Assembly: GCA_017446765.1 (NCBI GenBank)
Contig: JAFSQD010000027.1
Location: 2,772-66,771 of the forward strand
Origin: Alloprevotella sp.
Lineage (GTDB): Bacteria; Bacteroidota; Bacteroidia; Bacteroidales; Bacteroidaceae
Direction of reading: 5' to 3'
Length of the DNA: 64,000 bases
Shown here piece after piece: positions 60,537 through 64,000 of the stretch. The position numbers were made by a program, and so were the translations under genes. How positions within the stretch are numbered: position 1 is the stretch's first letter; each line of letters begins with the position of its first letter. The notes under the pieces are model-generated. The model was given only the letters and a program-made list of their open reading frames with translations, searched no databases and was not told the DNA's origin.

Positions 60537-60573
60537 GATAGGGGATATGCCCTGCATGGGCATATCCCCTATC
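60537..60573 (+). terminator. Strong stem-loop after the S46 gene
   Basis: 16-bp perfect stem GATAGGGGATATGCCC / GGGCATATCCCCTATC; no T-tail. Confidence 0.6.
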
Positions 60574-60780
60574 TCGGCTTAATAAGAAAGGGATTCCTGC
60601 CCAGCCTTGCAAAACAATTTCTGCTCTTTCTGCTCTTTCTGCGAGACTCTTAACCACATGCAGACACCTTGGGCAAGTGGCTCCCATCCATCCGCGGACT
60701 GAAAAACCATCGAGCCAATAGCTCAAGGCGTCACCCTGGATACGCGTATCATGTATATGGAAAAACTTTTTTTTGCCGAA

Positions 60781-61560
60781 AAACTGCCACCTCTGCGACC
60801 CAACCCCTGTATATAATTGGTTCATAGCACATTGCAAGAGTGGTGCGGGTAGCAGTAGGTAGCATTAGGCGTGGAGTGAAGGACACCTTAGCGTATCGCC
60901 AAGAGGCCCGCATAGCGCACAAAACCCCTAATTTCGTCAAGAAAACCGCATCGCGCATGCCATTCGCCTCCCCGTTTCCCTTGTTCGAAGCCACTTTCGA
61001 TGTCACGCACATGCTTACACGATCGCAAGCCATACAGCCAAGCACAAAAGACGCTGGAAAAAAGCCACAGCCCCGAGACCTTACGAAGCATCGGACATCT
61101 CCGGCAAAGATATAGGACATCTCCGGCAGAGATATAGGACATCTCCGGCAGAGATATAGGACACCTCCGGCAGAGATATAGGACACCTCCGGCAGAGATA
61201 TAGGACACCTTCGGGAGCCACAAGGCTTCCTCAATACAAGAAGAGGCAAACACCGAAAAAACACATTCTGTCCAAGCGAAGAAACGGCATGTCAAGTGCC
61301 ATCCCGCCACATTAGCGGCACAGTAAGCGCCATGGAACACACAAAAGCGGCATATAAGGGGACACGGCAGCCCCCCTTAGCTTCATACCAGACACATCCA
61401 CGCACAAACACAGCCTCTACGACATGATAAAAGTCCCCGAAACAACACGATAAGCGCTGTTTCCCCATACCCCTACTGCTACCTACTGCTACCCAGGCTT
61501 TTCCATCAACAACCTCAGTACCAACCAAATGCAGAAAGAAGGTAGCAGATGTGGCAGTTT
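60781..61560. mobile_element. Non-coding element bounded by bipartite inverted repeats (MITE-like or origin-like)
   Basis: Box A 60781-60800 vs A' 61541-61560 (18/20 inverted). Box B 60847-60869 vs B' 61472-61494 (22/23 inverted). A-B spacing is 46 nt at both ends. Confidence 0.55.
61093..61210. repeat. 22-bp tandem direct repeat, 5 full copies + partial
   Basis: GGACA(T/C)CTCCGGCA(G/A)AGATATA starting at 61093, 61115, 61137, 61159, 61181, partial at 61203; no spacers. Confidence 0.95.
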
Positions 61561-61790
61561 CCCATCGCAAAAAAGTTCTATGTTTTTTCACGCCTGACTC
61601 ACCACATACACACGGCGCATTTCTTTCTTTCCAGAATTATTTGTATTTTTTTGGCCGTATCCGCCCCTTGCGGCTGGGAAGCTATCTGAGAATGACGTAG
61701 CCAGTGGGCGGAGCACTACATATTAGAAGGCGTCATGTTGCGCTTTGTGTTTGGTTCTTCGAAACTACCACAATCGACAAGTCAATCAAG

Positions 61791-61918
61791 AACAATGCAG
61801 AGATGACTGCCACAGGGTGTAGTATATACTCTCCGTAGTGTGCTGCGAGGAACGGGTTTCCTCAACGCACACTTTACGGGGTATTGTATACTCCTACGTG
61901 GGTGTTTCTCTGCCTGTT
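61791..61918 (+). ncRNA. Candidate structured RNA / leader: long irregular hairpin
   Basis: Nested pairings GCAGAGA/TCTCTGC, CCAC/GTGG, AGTATA/TATACT, CCGTA/TACGG, AGTGTGC/GCACACT, GAGGAA/TTCCTC. Confidence 0.45.
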
Positions 61919-61925
61919 TATTGCC

Positions 61926-62741
61926 ATGGCGCGGCAGCTGGGCATCAGCTGCGGACAAGGAGAAATCAACGCGCAGGCCAACGTGGCGCTGAGCCGATTC
62001 TTGTCGCAGGTACTAATGAACCTGGCCGGCTACTATGTGGGCCAGAACCGCATGGGTACCTTCGGCTACCTGCAACCATGGTGTCTGGTCGAGGACGAGG
62101 AGGCATGCCGGCGCGTGGGATGGAAGACTTGGAGCGAACGGGAGGGGATGGAACAGGGCGAAAGCTGTGTCACCTTGGCATCGGCCTTGATGTGGGGCAA
62201 CAACATGGCGCCATCGACCATGGACGCCGAGCGCGTGATGCAGCTCATGGCATGGGACATAGCCGAGCGAGGACAGTTTGCGTTGGGCAGCGGCAAGCAG
62301 TTCACCAACCGCGTCGTACTGATGACCGAGCCCGTCGCCGACATCTTGAAAAACTCCTATCCGACACTTGACAGTCTGGAGGACGCCCTCATAGCCAACT
62401 CGCGGCGCCCGGCCTACGAGCGAGCCTTTGCCAACTACTACGCCAATGCAGGCGGACGCAAGGATGGAGGGAAACATTCGTTCAGGCAGTACCTCGGCCA
62501 CATCGTCCGCAGCGAGGGCGGCGAGAAGACATCAACACCGCCATGGCGCGACACCGACGCTGAAACGCTTGCCACCGTCGCCACCATGCAGAAGGGCTCG
62601 ACGGCCTTTCTTGTCACGGGCGACGTCTCACGCAACAAGGTGCAGACGATGCCGGGTGGCGGCTTCTCGACCGTCCGCATCGAACTGCCTGCCGACTGGG
62701 ACGCCTTGATGGAAGCCTGCACGTTCCCGACTTCACCCTGA
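61926..62741 (+). pseudogene. 5'-truncated fragment of a larger protein, resembling the C-terminal part of UGSC-associated proteins
   Basis: Begins abruptly at MARQLGISCGQGEINAQANVALSRFL...NLAGY..GQNRMGTFGY, which resembles an internal motif of that family (recalled). Gene-like codon usage starts right after the hairpin; no A-rich initiation region. Confidence 0.5.
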
Positions 62742-62800
62742 AGGGGAGCCGCCGGCCATGAGGGGTGGGGGGACAGCTATGCCGGTTCCCCACCCTGCTG

Positions 62801-63718
62801 CTACATAGAAAACTGGAAGTCCACCTGCTTCTCCTTGTAGTTCTCGAAAATGCCGCTGTAGGAGTTGTCTGACAGGTGACCGATAAACTTGCCTATGTAG
62901 CTACCGTCCGAAAGGCTGTAGGCGTAGACGACGAAATACTTCGTGTTGTCCTCATAGCGATGAATGGCGATGCGGCGCGTGATGGTGACGCCATTCGTTG
63001 TATAGGAGAACGAACCCGTTTGTCCGTCCAGTTCCATGTGGGCAGGCGAATTGAGGCCCATCGTCCCGTCCATGCTAAAGTGGATGCCTGCTTGGGAAAA
63101 GAGCACCCCATCGCCTGCGGGAGGTGGGACAGGCTCGGCCGACTGCTCTTCCGGCACGACACTCTCCGAAGAGTACGCATCTCCGTTTAATACCCCTTCC
63201 ACGGGTGTGGAATCTGCAGGGGCATAGGCCTCGTCGGAGAATGCGACCTTGCTGTTCAGAATAGAGTTTCCTACCACAAACCCTATGGGTATTAGCAGCA
63301 GAGCTGCAAGTAGAAAAAAAAGCAAGGACAGTCCCCAAGTGCCCCTTCTACCTTCAGAGGCTACTGCTCCCTGCTGCGGGACTACAGGTGGCGCAGGAGG
63401 TATGGCATCGCTGGCTGCATTGACGGGCACCACATCCGTTTTCTCAACAAAATCCTCCACCTCGTGCACTCCTGTCGGCTCAGCCTCGACCACGAAACCC
63501 TCATGCTGCACATCGGCCACAGAGGCGACGGGGGCAGCAGAGAGGGCTCGGCGCACGGCAGGCACGCTGCCCGCCGGCACCCAGTCCTCCATGCCTTCCT
63601 GCCAGATGAGGGTCTCCAGGTTGATACCTTGGCGCACGAGTTCATCTACGCCAAAAGAGCCCTTCACCGAGAAGTCGCTATCCGTATAAAGAAACTGACT
63701 CATAAACCGGAAATCCAT
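62801..63718 (-). CDS. GYF_2 (DUF4339) domain single-TM protein
   Basis: KGSF..DEL..GINLETLIWQEGMEDWVPAG (GYF_2), acidic/Pro linker, TM, C-terminal beta-rich domain. Start may be 63703. Confidence 0.75.
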   Translation of the reverse strand: MDFRFMSQFLYTDSDFSVKGSFGVDELVRQGINLETLIWQEGMEDWVPAGSVPAVRRALSAAPVASVADVQHEGFVVEAEPTGVHEVEDFVEKTDVVPVNAASDAIPPAPPVVPQQGAVASEGRRGTWGLSLLFFLLAALLLIPIGFVVGNSILNSKVAFSDEAYAPADSTPVEGVLNGDAYSSESVVPEEQSAEPVPPPAGDGVLFSQAGIHFSMDGTMGLNSPAHMELDGQTGSFSYTTNGVTITRRIAIHRYEDNTKYFVVYAYSLSDGSYIGKFIGHLSDNSYSGIFENYKEKQVDFQFSM

Positions 63719-63724
63719 TTTTTG

Positions 63725-64000
63725 CTAATAGCCCCTACGAGCGCGGTCGAACTGACGACGCACATCGTTGCGCAGGCCATTGGACGAGCGTCCGGGGTTG
63801 ACTGTACGCGGAGCGGTTGTGGGCGCACGGTGCACGGGAGCTGAGACCCTCCGTGGTGCCTGCCGTACGGGAGCTGCCGAAGGGGCTTCCTGGGCCTTGC
63901 GCACGTCGGCGTTGGAGGCTATGGCTGCTATGTCGGCAAAAGACTTATAGCTGGAGGCATTAACCTTGAATATCTCCTTGGCCTTGGCAGCCGCTGCGGG
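63725..64000 (-). CDS. 3' end of a hypothetical protein entering from beyond the window
   Basis: Open frame from the window edge to TAG at 63727-63725 (...AKEIFKVNASSYKSFADIAAIAS...RRQFDRARRGY*), just upstream of the GYF_2 gene. Confidence 0.55.
   Translation of the reverse strand, partial: PAAAAKAKEIFKVNASSYKSFADIAAIASNADVRKAQEAPSAAPVRQAPRRVSAPVHRAPTTAPRTVNPGRSSNGLRNDVRRQFDRARRGY

Noticed and set aside
60618-60750. 9-bp repeats (TTTCTGCTC) and a degenerate REP-like stretch
   Set aside because: Too short and decayed to assign; no RAYT transposase nearby.
61093-61210. Possible CRISPR array
   Set aside because: Repeats are head-to-tail with no spacers, and no cas genes are in the window.
60749-61591. 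ORFs in the 60.7-61.6 kb region
   Set aside because: Translations just mirror the 22-bp repeat in rotating frames; no gene-like codon usage or motifs.

Overview
GC-rich Bacteroidales chromosome segment, most likely Prevotellaceae, judged from TAnnTTTG (-7) promoters, short Prevotella-type T9SS C-terminal domains, the Bat operon and EF-G2. Most of it is core genome: a sigma54-type activator, lptE, a citC-citG fusion, udk, the moxR-bat operon (with two in-frame fusions), fusA2, GH20, wzc, DUF4301, GH85, vanZ-DUF3822-rsmD-purH(N)-mreBCD-mrdA-rodA, transporters, rsmA, pepD, DUF2752/dispanin, a 1369-aa LRR surface protein, tetR-fabG-rluA-AAA-DUF4435, a Sel1 protein and an S46 peptidase. Five things stand out. 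(1) A PARIS-like ABC-ATPase + DUF4435/TOPRIM pair is translationally coupled behind a pseudouridine synthase. (2) An integrase-less phage-like replication/repressor islet lies at 13.8-16.4 kb and carries a palindromic repeat family also seen at 4.4 kb. (3) A cleanly delimited ~65-nt sRNA candidate sits at 4.23-4.30 kb. (4) A 1.4-kb non-coding complex at 60.5-61.9 kb holds an inverted-repeat-bounded ~0.8-kb element with central 22-bp direct repeats, then two structured-RNA candidates joined to a decapitated gene. (5) An inverted copy of the fabG 3' end lies just downstream of fabG. No rRNA, tRNA, CRISPR array, integrase or transposase was recognised. All family calls come from motif recognition by eye; no searches were run.
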